From: Eledone cirrhosa
Taxonomy: Eukaryota
Assembly (NCBI GenBank): GCA_964016885.1
Contig: OZ024744.1
Coordinates: forward strand, 29,574,001-29,638,000
Length of the DNA: 64,000 nt
Direction: 5' to 3'
Shown here: positions 1 to 15,000 of the stretch, piece after piece
Layout of the letters: the number at the start of each line of letters is the position of its first letter
Position numbering within the stretch: the first letter of the stretch is position 1
Program-made: the position numbers and the translations under genes
Notes under the pieces: model-generated
Databases searched by the model: none
What the model saw: the letters and a program-made list of their open reading frames with translations, nothing else
What the model was told of the DNA's origin: nothing

Positions 1-3000
1 CGTGGAGTGTCTTATATAGATGGTGTCACTGGTGGAGCACTATGACGTGGAGTTTCTCATACAGATTGTATCACTTGTGGAGGATCATGAAGTGGAGTGT
101 CTTATATAGGTGGTGTCACTAGTGGAGGACCATGACGTGGTGTGTTTTATACAGATGGTTTCACTGGTGGAGGACCATGACATGTCTTATATAGATGGTG
201 TCACTGTTGGAGGACCATAACATGTCTTATATAGATGGAGTCACTGGAGGAGGACCATGAAGTGGAGTGTCTTATATAGATGTGATATTGGTGGAGTTTC
301 ATGACGTGGAGTGTCTTATACAGATGGTGCATTGGTGGAGGATCATGGCGGGGAGTGTCTTATATAGATAGTGTCACTGGTGGAGGACCATGACGTGGAG
401 TGTCTTATACAGATGGTGTCACAGGTGGAGGACCATGACGTGTCTTATATAGATGGTGTCATTGGTGGAGGATCATGACCTGGAGTGTCTTATACAGATG
501 GTGTCACTGGTGGAGGACCATGACATGTCTTATATAGATGGTGTCACTGGTGGAGGACCATGACGTGGAGTGTCTTATATAGATGGTGACATTGGTGGAG
601 TTTCATGACGTGGAGTGTCTTATACAGATGGTGTCATTGGTGGAGGATCATGACGTGGAGTGTCTTATATAGATGGTGTCACTGGTGGAGCACTATGACG
701 TGGAGTTTCTCATACAGATTGTATCACTTGTGGAGGATCATGAAGAGGAGTGTCTTATATAGGTGGTGTCACTAGTGGAGGACCATGACGTGGTGTGTTT
801 TATACAGATGGTTTCACTGGTGGAGGACCATGACATGTCTTATATAGATGGTGTCACTAGTGGAGGACCATGTCGTGGAGTGTCTTATATAGATGGTGTC
901 ACTGGTGGAGGACCATGACGTGGAGTGTCTGATAAAGATGGTGTCACTGGTGGAGGGCCATGACGTGGAGTGTCTTATATAGATGGTGTCACTGGTGGAG
1001 GACCATGACGTGGAGTGTCTTATACAGATGGTGTCACTGGTGGAGGACCATGACATGTCTTATATAGATGGTGTCACTGGTGGAGGTCCATGACGTGGAG
1101 TGTCTTATACAGATGGTGTCACTGGTAGAGGACCATGACGTGGAGTGTCTTATATAGATGGTGTCACTGGTGGAGGACCATGAAGTGGAGTGTCTTATAC
1201 ATATGGTGTCACTGGTGGAGGACCATGACGTGTCTTATATAGATGGTGTCACTGGTGGGGAACCATGAAGTGGAGTGTCTTATATAGATGGTGTAACTGG
1301 TGGAGGACCATGACGTGGAGTGTCTTATACATATGGTATCACTGGTGGAGGACCATGACGTGGAGTGTTTTATATAGATGGTGTCACTGGTGGTGGACCA
1401 TTACGTGGAGTGTCTTATACAGATAGTGTAACTGGTGGAGGACCATGACGTGTCTCATATAGATGGTGTCACTGGTGGAGGACCATGACATGTCTTATAT
1501 AGATGGAGTCACTGGTGGAGGACCATGACGTGGAGTGTCTTATACATATGGTGTCACTGGTGGAGGACCATGACGTGTCTTATATAGATGATATCATTGG
1601 TGAAAACCATGACGTGTAGTGTAGTGTCTTGTATAGATGGTGTCACTGGAGGAGGACCATGAAGTGGAGTGTCTTATATATATGGTGACATTGGTGGTGT
1701 TTCATGACGTGGAGTGTTTTATACAGATGGTGTCATTGGTGGAGGATCATGACGGGGAGTGTCTTATATAGATGGTGTCACTGGTGGAGGACCATGACGT
1801 GGAGTGTCTTATACAGATGGTGTCACTGGTGGAGGAACATGACATGTCTTATATAGATGGTGTCACTGGTGGAGGACCATGACATGTCTTATATAGATGG
1901 TGTCACTGGAGGAGAACCATGAAGTGGAGTGTCTTATATAGATAGTGTCACTGGTGGGGGACCATGACATGGAGTGTCTTATACAGATGGAGTCACTGGT
2001 GGAGGACCATGACGTGTCTTATATAGATGGTGTCACTGGTGGAGGATCATGACGTGGAGTGTCTTATACAGATGGTGTCACTGGTGGAGGACCATGACAT
2101 GTCTTATATAGATGGTGTCACTGGTGGAGGACCTTGACGTGGAGTCTCTTATATAGATGGTGATATTGGTGGAGTTTCATGACGTGGAGTGTCTTATACA
2201 GATGGTGTCATTGGTGGAGGATCATGACGGGGAGTGTCTTATCTAGATGGTGTCACTGGTGGAGCACCATGACGCGGAGTGTCTCATACAGATTGTATCA
2301 CTGGTGGAGGATCATGAAGTGGAGTGTCTTATATAGGTGGTGTCACTGGTGGAGGACCATGACGTGTTGTGTTTTATACAGATGGTTTCACTGGTGGAGG
2401 ACCATGACATGTCTTATATAGATGGTGGCACTGGTGGAGGACAATCTCGTGGAGTGTCTTATACAGATGGTGTCACTGGTGGAGGACCATGACGTGGAGT
2501 GCCTTATATAGATGGTGTCACTGGTGGTGGACGATGACGTTGAGTGTCTTATATAGATGGTGTCACTGGTGAAGGTCCCTGACGTGGAATATCTCATTTA
2601 GATGGTGTCACAGGTGGTGGACGATGACGTGGAGTGTGTTATACAGATGGTGCCATTGGTGGAGGACCATGACGTGTCTTATACAGATGTTGTAACTGGT
2701 GGAGGACCATGACGTGGAGTGTCTTATATAGATGGTGTAACTGGTGGAGGACCATGACGTGGAGTGCCTTATATAGATGGTGTCATTGGTGGAGGACCAT
2801 GACGTGGAGTGCCTTATATAGATGGTGTCACTGCTGGAGGACCATGACGTAGAGTGTCTTATATAGATGGTGTCACTGGTGGAGGACCATGACGTGGTGT
2901 GTTTTATACAGATGGTTTCATTGGTGGAGGACCATGACATGTCTTATATAGATGGTGTCACTGGTGGAGGACCATGTCGTGGAGTGTCTTATACAGATGG

Positions 3001-6000
3001 TGTAACTGGTGGAGGACCATGACGTGGAGTGTCTTATATAGATGGTGTCAGTGGTGGAGGAACATGATGTGGATTGTCTTATATAGATGGTGTCCTGGTG
3101 GAGGATCATTACGTGGAGTGTCTTATACAGATGGTGTCACTGGTGGAGGACAATGACATGTCTTATATAGATGGTGTAACTGGTGGAGGACCATAACATG
3201 GAGTGTCTTATATAGATGGTGTCACTGGTGGAGGACCATGACAGGTCTTATATAGATGGTGTCTCTGGTGGAGGACCATGACGTGGTGTGTCTTATACAG
3301 ATGGTGTCACTGGTGGAGGATCATGACGTGGAGTGTCTTATATAGATGGTGTAACTGGTGGAGGACCATGACGTGGAGTGTCTTATACAGATGGTGTCAC
3401 TGGTGGAGGACAATGACATGTCTTATATAGATGGTGTAACTGGTGGAGGACCATAACATGGAGTGTCTTATATAGATGGTGTCACTGCTGGAGGACCATG
3501 ACAGGTCTTATATAGATGGTGTCTCTGGTGGAGGACCATGACGTGGAGTGTCTTATACAGATTGTGTCACTGGTGCAGGACCATGACATGTCTTATACAG
3601 ATTGTGTCACTGCCGGAGGACCATAACGTGGAGTGTCTTATATAGATGGTGTCACTGGTGGAGGACCATGACGTGGAGTGTCTTATATAGATGGTGTCAC
3701 TGGTGGAGGACCATGACGTGGAGTGTCTTATATAGATGGTTTCACTGGTGGAGGACCATTACGTGCAGTGTCTTATACAGATAGTGTAACTGGTGGAGCA
3801 CCATGACGAGTCTCATATAGATAGTGTCATTGGTGGAGGACCATGACATGGAGTGTCTTATATAGATGGTGTCACTGGTGGAGGACCATGACAGGTCTTA
3901 TATATATGGTGTCTCTGGTGGAGGACCATGACGTGGTGTGTCTTATACAGATGGTGTCACTGGTGGAGGACCATGACGTGGAGTGTCTTATACAGATGGT
4001 GTCACTGGTGGAGGACCATGACATGTCTTATACAGATTGTGTCACTGCTGGAGGACCATAACATGGAGTGTCTTATATAGATGGTGTCACTGGTGGAGGA
4101 CATGACGTGGAGTGTCTTATACATATGGTGTCATTGTGGAGGACCATGACATATCTTATATAGATGGTGTCACTGGTGGAGGACCATGACGTGGAGTTTC
4201 TTATACAGATGGTGTCACTGGTGGAGGACCATGACGTGGAGTGTCTTATATAGATGGTGTCACCGGTAGAGAACCATGACGTGGAGTGTCATATATAGAT
4301 GGTGTCACTAGTGGAGGACCATGACGTGGAGTGTCTTATACAGATAGTGTCACTGGTGGAGGACCATGACGTATCTTATACAGATGGTGTCACTGGTGGA
4401 GGATCATGACGTGGTGTGTCTTATATAGATGGTGTCACTGGTGGAGGACCATAACATGGAGTGTCTTATATAGATGGTGTCACTGCTGGAGGACCATGAC
4501 AGGTCTTATATAGATGGTGTCTCTGGTGGAGGACCATGCCCTGGAGTGTCTTATACACATTGTGTCACTGGTGGAGGACCATGACATGTCTTATACAGAT
4601 TGTGTCACTGCTGGAGGACCATAACATGGAGTGTCTTATATAGATGGTGTCACTGGTGGAGGACCATGACGTGGAGTGTCTTATATAGATGGTGTCACTG
4701 GTAGAGAACCATGACGTGGAGTGTCTTATATAGATGGTGTCACTGGTGGAGGACCATGACAGGGCTTATATAGATGGTGTCTCTGGTGGAGGACCATGAC
4801 GTGGTGTGTCTTATACAGATGGTGTCACTGGTGGAGGACCATGACGTGGAGTGTCTTATACAGATGGTGTCACTGGTGGAGGACCATGACATGTCTTATA
4901 CAGATTGTGTCACTGCTGGTGGACCATAACATGGAGTGTCTTATACATATGGTGTCATTGTGGAGGACCATGACATATCTTATGTAGATGGTGTCACTGG
5001 TGGAGGACCATGACGTGGAGTTTCTTATACAGATGGTGTCACTGGTGGAGGACCATGACGTGGAGTGTCTTATATAGATGGTGTCACTGGTGGAGAACCA
5101 TGACGTGGAGTGTCTTATATAGATGGTGTCACTAGTGGAGGACCATGACGTGGAGTGTCTTATACAGATAGTGTCACTGGTGGAGGACCATGACGTGTCT
5201 TATACAGATGGTGTCACTGGTGGAGCACAATGACATGTCTTATATAGTTGGTGTCACTGGTGGAGGACCATGACGTGGAGTGGCTTATAATAGATGGTGT
5301 CCCTGGTGGAGAACCATGACGTGGAGTGTCTGATATAGATGGTGTCACTGGTGGAGGTCCATGACGTGGAGTGTCTCATACAGATGGTGTCACTGGTGGA
5401 GGACCATGACGTGGAGTGTCTTATATAGATGGTGTCACTGGTGGAGGACCATGACGTGGAGTGTCTTATATAGATGGTGTCACTGGTGGAGGACCATGAC
5501 GTGGTGTGTCTTATATAGATGGTGTCACTGGTGGATGTCCATGACGTGGTGTGTCTTACATAGATGGATTCACTGGTGGGTGACCATGACGTGGACTGTC
5601 TTACATAGATGGTGTCATTGGTGGAGGATCATGACGTGGAGTGTGTTATACAGATGGTGTAACTAGTGGAGGACCATGACGTGGAGTGTCTTATACAGAT
5701 GGTGTCACTGGTGGAGGACCATGACGTCTCTTATATAGGTGGTGTCACTGGTGGAGTACCATGACGTGGAGTGTCTTATACAGATGGTGACACTGGTGGA
5801 GGACCATGATAGGTCTTATATAGATGGTGTAACTGGTGGAGGAACATGACGTGGTGTATCTTATACAGATGGTGTCACTGGTGCAGGACCATGACACGTC
5901 TTATATAGTTGGTGTCACTGGTGGAGGACCCTGACGTGGAATATCTCATATAGATCGTGCCACTGGTGGAGGACCATGACGTGGAGTGTCTTATACAGAT

Positions 6001-9000
6001 GGTGTCACTGGTGGAGGACAATTACGTGGTGTGTCTTATATATATGGTGTAACTGGTGGAGGACCATGACGTGTCTTATACAGATGGTGTCACTGGTGGA
6101 GGACGATGACATGTTTTATATAGATGGTGTCACTGGTGGAGGACCATGACGTGGAGTGTTATATATTGATAGTGTCAATGGTGGAGGACCATGACGTGGA
6201 GTGTCTTATATAGATAGTGTCACTGGTGGAGGACCATGACGTGGAGTGTCTAATACAGATGGTGTCACTGGTGGAGGACCATGACGTGCAGTGTCTTATA
6301 CCGATGGTGTCACTAGTGGAGGACAATGACATGTCTTATATAGATGGTGTAACTGGTGGAGGACCATGACGTGGAGTGTCTTATACATATGGTGTCATTG
6401 ATGGAGGACAATGACATGTCTTATATAGATGGTGTGACTGGTGGAGGACCATGTCGTGGAGTGTCTTATACAGATGGTGTCACTGGTGGAGGACATTACA
6501 TGGAGTGTCTTATACAGATGGTGTCACTGGTGCAGGACCATGACGTGGAGTGTCTTATATAGATGGTGTCATTGGTGGAGGACCATGACAATGGAGTGTC
6601 TTATATATATGGTGTCATTGGTGGAGGACCATGATGTGGAGTGTCTTATATAGATGGTGTCATTGGTGGAGGACCATGACGTGGAGTGTCTTATAAAGAT
6701 GGTTTCACTGGTGGAGGACCATGACGTGGAGTGTCTTATATAGATGATGTCACTGGTGGAGGACCATGACCTTCAGTGTCTTATACAGATGGCGTCATTG
6801 GTGGAGGACCATGACAATGGAGTGTCTTATATATATGGTGTCATTGGTGGAGGATCATGACGTGGAGTGTGTTATACAGATGGTGTAACTAGTGGAGGGC
6901 CATGACGTGGAGTGTCTTATAAAGATGGTGTCACTGGTGGAGGACCATGACGTCTCTTATATAGGTGGTGTCACTGGTGGAGGACCATGACGTGGAGTGT
7001 CTTATACAGATGGTGTCACTGGTGGAGGACCATGACAGGTCTTATATAGATGGTGTCTCTATTGGAGGACCATCACGTGGTGTGTCTTATACAGATGGTG
7101 TCACTGGTGCAGGACCATGACGTGGAGTGTCTTATACAGATGGTTTCACTGGTGGAGGACCATGACATGGAGTGTCTTATATAGATGGTGTCACTGGTGG
7201 AGGACCCTGACGTGGAGTGTCTTATTTAGATGGGGTCACTGGTGGAGGACCATGACGTGGAGGGTCTTATTTAGATGGTATCACTGGTGGAGGACCATGA
7301 AACGTCTTATATATATGGTGTCACTGGTGGAGGACCCTGACGTGGAATATCTCATATAGATCGTGCCACTGGTGGAGGACCATGACGTGGAGTGTCTTAT
7401 ACAGATGGTGTCACTGGTGGAGGACAATTACGTGGTGTGTCTTATATATATGGTGTAACTGGTGGAGGACCATGACGTGTCTTATACAGATGGTGTCACT
7501 GGTGGAGGACCATGACATGATTTATATAGATGGTGCCACTGGTGGAGGACCATGACGTGGAGTGTCTTATATAGATAGTGTCACTGGTGGAGGACCATGA
7601 CGTGGAGTGTCTTATACCGATGGTGTCACTAGTGGAAGACAATGACATGTCTTATATAGATGGTGTAACTGGTGGAGGACCATGACGTGGAGTGTCTTAT
7701 ACAGATGGTGTCACAGGTGGAGGACCATGCCGTGGAGTGTCTTTTACAGATGGTGTCATTGGGGGAGGAACATGACGTGGAGTGTCTTATATAGATGGTG
7801 TCACTAGTGGAGGAACATGACGTGGAGTGACTTATATAGATGGTGTCACTGGTGGAGGACCATGACGTGGAGTGTGTAATACAGATGGTGTCACTGGCGG
7901 AGGACCATGACATGTCTTATATAGATGGTGTCACTGGTGGAGGACATGACATGGAGTGTCTTATACACATGGTGTCACTGGTGGAGGACAATGACGTGGA
8001 GTGTCTTATATATATGGTGTCACTGGTGGAGGACCATGACGTGGAGTGTCTTATATAGATGGTGTCATTGGCGGAGGACCATGACGTGGAATGTCTTATA
8101 CAGATGGTGTCACTGGTGGAGGACCATGACGTGGACTGTCTTATATAGATGATGTCACTGGTGGAGGACCATGACCTTGAGTGTCTTATACAGATGGTGT
8201 CATTGGTGGAGGACCATGACGTGTAGTGTCTTATATATATGGTGTCACTGGTGGAGGATCACGACGTGGAGTGCCTTATATAGATGGTGTCACTGGTGGA
8301 GGACCACGACGTGGAGTGCCTTATATAGATGGTGTCACTGGTGGAGGACCATGACGTGGATTGTCTTATATAGATGGTGACACTGGTGGAGGATCACGAA
8401 GTGGAGTGCCTCATATAGATGGAGTCACTGGTGGAGGACCATGACGTCGAGTGTCCTATACAGATGGTGTCACTGGTGGAGGACCATGACGTGGAGTGTC
8501 TTATACAGATGGTGTCACTGGTGGAGGACCATGACGTGGAGTGTCTTATATAGATGGTGTCACTGGTGGAGGTCCATGACGTGGAGTGTCTTATACAGAT
8601 GGTGTCATTGGTGGAGGACCATGACATGTCTTATATAGATGGTGTCACTGATGGAGGACCATGACGAGGAGTGTCTTATATAGATGGTGTCACTGCTGGA
8701 GGACCATGACGTGGAGTGTCTTATATAGATGGTGTCACTGGTGGAGGTCCATGACGTGGAGTGTCTTATACAGATGGTGTCATTGGTGGAGGACCATGAC
8801 GTGGAGTTTCTTATATAGATGGTGTCGCTGGTGGAGGACCATGACGTGGAGTGGCTTATAAAGATGGTGTCACTGGTGGAGGACCATGACGTGGAGTGTC
8901 TTATACAGATGGTGTCACTGGTGGAGGACCATGACGTGGAGTGTCTTATACAGATGGTGTCATTGGTGGAGGACCATGACGTGGAGTGTCTTATATAGAT

Positions 9001-12000
9001 GGTGTCATTGGTGGCTGACCATGACGTGGAGTGCCTTATATAGATGGTGTCACTGGTGGAGGACCATGACGTGGCGTGTCTTATATAGATGGTGTCCTTG
9101 GTGGCTGACCATGACGTGGAGTGCCTTATACAGATGGTGTAACTAATGGAGGACCATGACGTGGGGTGTCTTATTTAGATGGTGTCACTGGAGTAGGACC
9201 ATGACGTGGAGTGTCTTATACAGATGGTGTCACTGGTGGAGCACCATGACGTGGAGTGTCTTATATAGATGGTGTCACTTGTGGAGGACCAGGACGTGTC
9301 TTATATAGATGGTGTCACTGGTGGAGAACCATGACGTGGAGTGTCTTATACAGATGGTGTTACTGGTGGAGGACCATGATGTCTCTTATATAGGTGGTGT
9401 CACTGGTGGAGGACCATGACGTTGAGTGTCTTATACAGATGGTGCCACTGGTGGAGGACCATGACAGGTCTTATATAGATGGTGTCTCTGGTGGAGGAAC
9501 ATGACGTGGTGTGTCTTATACAGATGGTGTCACTGGTGGAGGACCATGACGTGGAGTGTCTTATAAAGATGGTATCACTGGTGGAGGACCATGACATGTC
9601 TTATATAGATGGTGTCACTGGTGGAGGACCATGTCGTGGAGTGTCTTATACAGATGGTGTCACTGGTGGAGGACAATGACATGTCTTATATAGATGGTGT
9701 AACTGGTAGAGGACCATGACATGGAGTGTCTTATATAGATGTTGTCATGGTGGAGGACCATGACGTGGAGTGTCTTATATAGATGGGGTCACTGGTGGAG
9801 AACCATGACGTGGAGTGTCTTATATAGATTGTGTCACTGGTGGAGGTCCATGACGTGGAGTGTCTCATACAGATGGTGTCACTGGTGGAGGTCCATGACG
9901 TGGTGTGTCTTATATATATGGTGTCACTGGTGGAGGAATATGACGTGGATTGTCTTGTATAGATGGTGTCACTGGTGGAGGACCATGACGTGGAGTGTCT
10001 TATATAGATGGATTAACTGGTGGGTGACCATGACGTGGAGTGTCTTATATAGATGGTGTCATTGGTGGAGGATCATGACGTGGAGTGTCTTATACAGATG
10101 GTATAACTAGTGGAGGATCATGACGTGGAGTGTCTTATACAGATGGTGTCACTGGTGGAGAACCATGACGTGGTGTGTCTTATACAGATGGTGTCAGGGG
10201 TGGAGGACCAGGACATGTCTTATATAGATGGTGTAACTGGTAGGGGACCATGACGTAGAGACTCTTATATAGATTGTGTCACTGGTGGAGGAGCATGACG
10301 TGGAGTGTCTTATATAGATTGTGTCACTGGTGGAGGACCATGACGTGGAGTGTCTTATATAGCTTGTGTCACTGGTGGAGGACCATGACGTGGATTGTCT
10401 TATATAGGTTGTGTCACTGGTGGAGGACCATGACGTGGAGTGTCTTATATAGATGGTGTCACTGGTGGAGGACCATGACGTGGAGTGGCTTATACAGATG
10501 GTGTCACTGGTGGAGGACCATGACGTGGAGTGGCTTATACAGATGGTATCACTGGTGGAGGACCATGACGTGGAGTGTCATATACAGATGGTGTCACTGC
10601 TGGAGGTCCATGACATGTCTTATATAGACGGTGTCACTGGTGGAGAACCACGACGTGGAGTGTCTTATATAGATGGTGTCACCTGTGGAGGACGATGACG
10701 TGGAGTGGCCTATACAGATGGTGTCACTGGTGGAGGACCCTGACGTGGAGTGTCTCATATAGATGGTGTGATTGGTGGAGGACCATGACATGTCTTATAC
10801 AGATTGTGTCACTGGTGGAGGACCATGACGTGGAGTGTCTTATATAGATTGTGTCACTGGTGGAGGTCCATGACGTGGTGTGTCTTATACAGATGGTGTC
10901 ATTGGTGGAGGACCATGACATGTCTGATATAGATGGTGTCACTGGTGGAGGACCATGACGTGTAGTGTCTTATATAGATGGTGTCACTGGTGGAGGGCCA
11001 TGACGTTGAGTATCTTATACAGATGGTATCATTGGTGGAGGACCATGACGTGTAGTGTCTTATATAGATGGGGTCACTGGTGGAGGACCATGACCTGGAG
11101 TGTCTTATACAGATGGTGTCATTGGTGGAGGACCATGACGTGGAGTGTCTTATATAGATTGTGTCACTGGTGGAGGTCCATGACGTGGTGTGTCTTATAC
11201 AGATTGTGTCACTGGTGGCGGACAATGACGTGTAGTGTCTTATATAGATGGTGTCACTGGTGGAGGACCATGACGTGTAGTGTCTTATATAGATGGTGTC
11301 ACTGGTGGAGGGCCATGACGTTGAGTATCTTATACAGATGGTATCATTGGTGGAGGTCCATGACGTGGTGTGTCTTATACAGATTGTGTCACTGGTGGCG
11401 GACCATGACGTGTCTTATATATATGGTGTCACTGGTGGAGGACCATGACGTGGAGTGTCTTATACAGAGGGTGTCATTGGTGGAGGACCATGACGTGGAG
11501 TGTCTTATATAGATTGTGTCACTGGTGGAGGACCATGACGTGGAGTGTCTTATATAGATTGTGTCACCGGTGGAGGACCATGACGTGGAGTGTCTGATAT
11601 AGGTTGTGTCACTGGTGGAGGACCATGACGTGGAGTGTCTTATATAGATGGTGTCACTGGTGGAGGACCATGACGTGGAGTGGCATATACAGATGGTGTC
11701 ACTGGTGGAGGACCATGACGTGGAGTGTCTTATAGAGATGGTTTCACTGGTGGGGGACCATGACGTGGTGTGTCTTGTATAGATGGTGTCACTGGTGGAG
11801 GACCATGACGTGGAGTGTCTTATATAGATGGTGTCAATGATGGAGGACCATGATTTGGAGTGTCTTATATAGATGGTGTCATTGGTGGAGGACCACGACG
11901 TGGAGTGCCTTATATAGATGGTGTCACTGGTGGAGGACCATGACGTAGAGTGTCTTATTTAGATGGTATCACTGGTGGAGGACCATGACATGTCTTATGT

Positions 12001-15000
12001 AGATGGTGTCACTGGTGGAGGACATTGAAGTGGAGTGTCTTATATAGATAGTGTCACTGGGGGAGGACCATGACGTGGAGTGTCTAATACAGATGGTGTC
12101 ACTGGTGGAGGACCATGACGTGGAGTGTCTTATAAATATGGTGTCACTGGTGGAGGACAATGACATGTCTTATATAGATGGTGTCACTGGTGGAGGACCA
12201 TGACATGGAGTGTCTTATATAGATGATGACACTTGTGGAGGACCATGACGTGGAGTGTCTTATATAGATGGTGTCACTGGTGGAGAACCATGACGTGGAG
12301 TGTCTTATATAGATGGTGTCACTGGTGAAGGACCATGACGTGGAGTGTCTCATACAGATGGTGTCACTGGTGGAGGACCATGACGTGGAGTGTCGTGTAT
12401 AGATGGTGTCACTGGTGGAGGACCATGACGTGGTGTGCCTTATATAGCTGGTGTCACTGTTGGAGGTCCATGGCGTGATGTGTCTTATATAGATGGTGTC
12501 ACTGGTGGAGGACCATGACGTGGAGTGTCTTATACAGATGGTGTAACTGGTGGAGGACCATGACGTGGAGTGTCTTATTTAGATGGTGTCACTGGAGGAG
12601 GACCATGACGTGGAGTGTCTTATACAGATGGTGTCACTGGTGGAGGACCATGACGTGTCTTATATAGACGGTGTCACTGGTGGAGGGCCATGACGTGGAG
12701 TATCTTATATAGATGGTGTCACTGGTGGAGGACCATGACGTGTCTTATATAGATGGTGTCACTGGTGGAGAACCATGACGTGGAGTGTCTTATACAGATG
12801 GTGTCACTGGTGGAGGAACATGACGTGGAGTGTCTTATACAGATGGTGTTACTGGTGGAGGATCATGACGTCTCTTATATAGATGGTGTCACTGGTGGAG
12901 GACCATGACGTGGAGTGTCTTATACAGATGGTGTCACTGGTGGAGGACCATGACAGGTCTTATATAGATGGTGTCTCTGGTGGAGGAACATGACGTGGTG
13001 TGTCTTATACAGATGGTGTCACTGGTGGAGGACAATGACATGTCTTATATAGATGGTGTAACTGGTAGAGGACCATGACATGGAGTGTCTTATATAGATG
13101 GTGTCACTGGTGGAAGACCATGACGTGTCTTATATAGATGTTGTCAATGGTGGAGGACCATGACGTGGAGTGTCTTATACATATGGTGTCACTGGTGGAG
13201 GTCCATGACGTGGAGTGTCTTATACAGATTGTGTCACTGGTGGAGGACCATGACGTGGAGTGTCTTATATAGATGGTGTCACTGGTGGAGAACCATGACG
13301 TGGAGTGTCTTATATAAATTGTGTCACTGGTGGAGGTCCATGACGTGGAGTGTCTCATACAGATGGTGTCACTGGTGGAGGACCATGACGTGGAGTGTCG
13401 TATATAGATGGTGTCACTGGTGGAGGACCATGACGTGGTGTGACTTATATAGATGGTGTCATGTGTGGAGGTCCATGACGTGGTGTGTCTTATATATATG
13501 GTGTCACTGGTGGAGGACCATGACGTGGATTGTCTTGTATAGATGGTGTCACTGGTGGAGGACCATGACGTGGAGTGTCTTATATAGATGGAGTAACTGG
13601 TGGGTGACCATGACATGTCTTATATAGATGGTGTCACTGGTGGAGGACCATGACGTCTCTTATATAGGTGGTGTCACTGGTGGAGAACCATGACGTGGTG
13701 TGTCTTATACAGATGGTGTCACTGGTGGAGGACCAGGACATGTCTTATATAGATGGTGTCAGTGGTGGAGGACCATGACGTGTAGTGTCTTATTTATATG
13801 GTGTCACTGGTGGAGGACCATGACATGTCTTATGTAGATGGTGTCACTGGTGGAGGACCCTGACGTGGAATATCTTATATAGATCGTGCCACTGGTGGAG
13901 GACCATGACGTGGAGTGTCTTATACAGATGGTGTCACTGGTGGAGGACAATGACGTGGTATGTCTTATATATATGGTGTAACTGGTGGAGGACCATGACG
14001 TGTCTTATAGAGATGGTGTCACTGGTGGCGGACCATGACATGTCTTATATAGATGGTGTCACTGGTGGAGGACCATGACGTGGAGTGTCTTCTATAGATA
14101 GTGTCACTGGTGGAGGACCATGACGTGGAGTGTCTTATATAGATGGTGTCACTGGTGGAGGACATTGAAGTGGAGTGTCTTATATAGATAGTGTCACTGG
14201 GGGAGGACCATGACGTGGAGTGTCTAATACAGATGGTGTCACTGGTGTAGGACCATGACGTGGAGTGTCTTATACATATGGTGTCACTGGTGGAGGACAA
14301 TGACATGTCTTATATAGATGGTGTCACTGGTGGAGGACCATGACATGGAGTGTCTTATATAGATGATGACACTTGTGGAGGACCATGACGTGGAGTGTCT
14401 TGTATAGATGGTGTCACTGGTGGAGGACCATGACGTGGTGTGTCTTATATAGCTGGTGTCACTGTTGGAGGTCCATGGCGAGATGTGTCTTATATAGATG
14501 GTGTCACTGGTGGAGGACCATGACGTGGAGTGTTTTATATAGATGGTGTCACTGGTGGAGGACCATGACGTGGAGTGTCTTATATAGATGGTGTCATTGG
14601 TGGAGGACCATGATGTGGAGTGTCTTATATAGATGGTGTCACTGGTGGAGGACCATGACGTGGAGTGTCTTATATAGATGGTGTCACTGGTGGCGGACCA
14701 TGACGTTGAGTGTCTTATATAGATGGTATCATTAGTGGAGGACCATGACATGTCTTATTTAGATGATGTCACTGGTGGAGGACCATGACGTGGTGTGTCT
14801 TATACAGATGGTATCACTGGTGGAGGACCATGACGTGTCTTATATAGATGGTGTCATTGGTGGAGGACCATTACATGTCTTATATAGATGGTGTCACTGG
14901 TGGAGGATCATGACGTGTCTTATACAGATGGTGTCACTGGTGGAGGACAATTACATGTCTTATATAGATGGTGTCACTGGTGGAGGAACATGACGTGGAT

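Noticed and set aside
8825-8832. Chi-like octamer (consensus ACTGGTGG, occasionally exact GCTGGTGG)
   Set aside because: Chi is a bacterial RecBCD signal with no established role here; exact matches are rare single-base variants.
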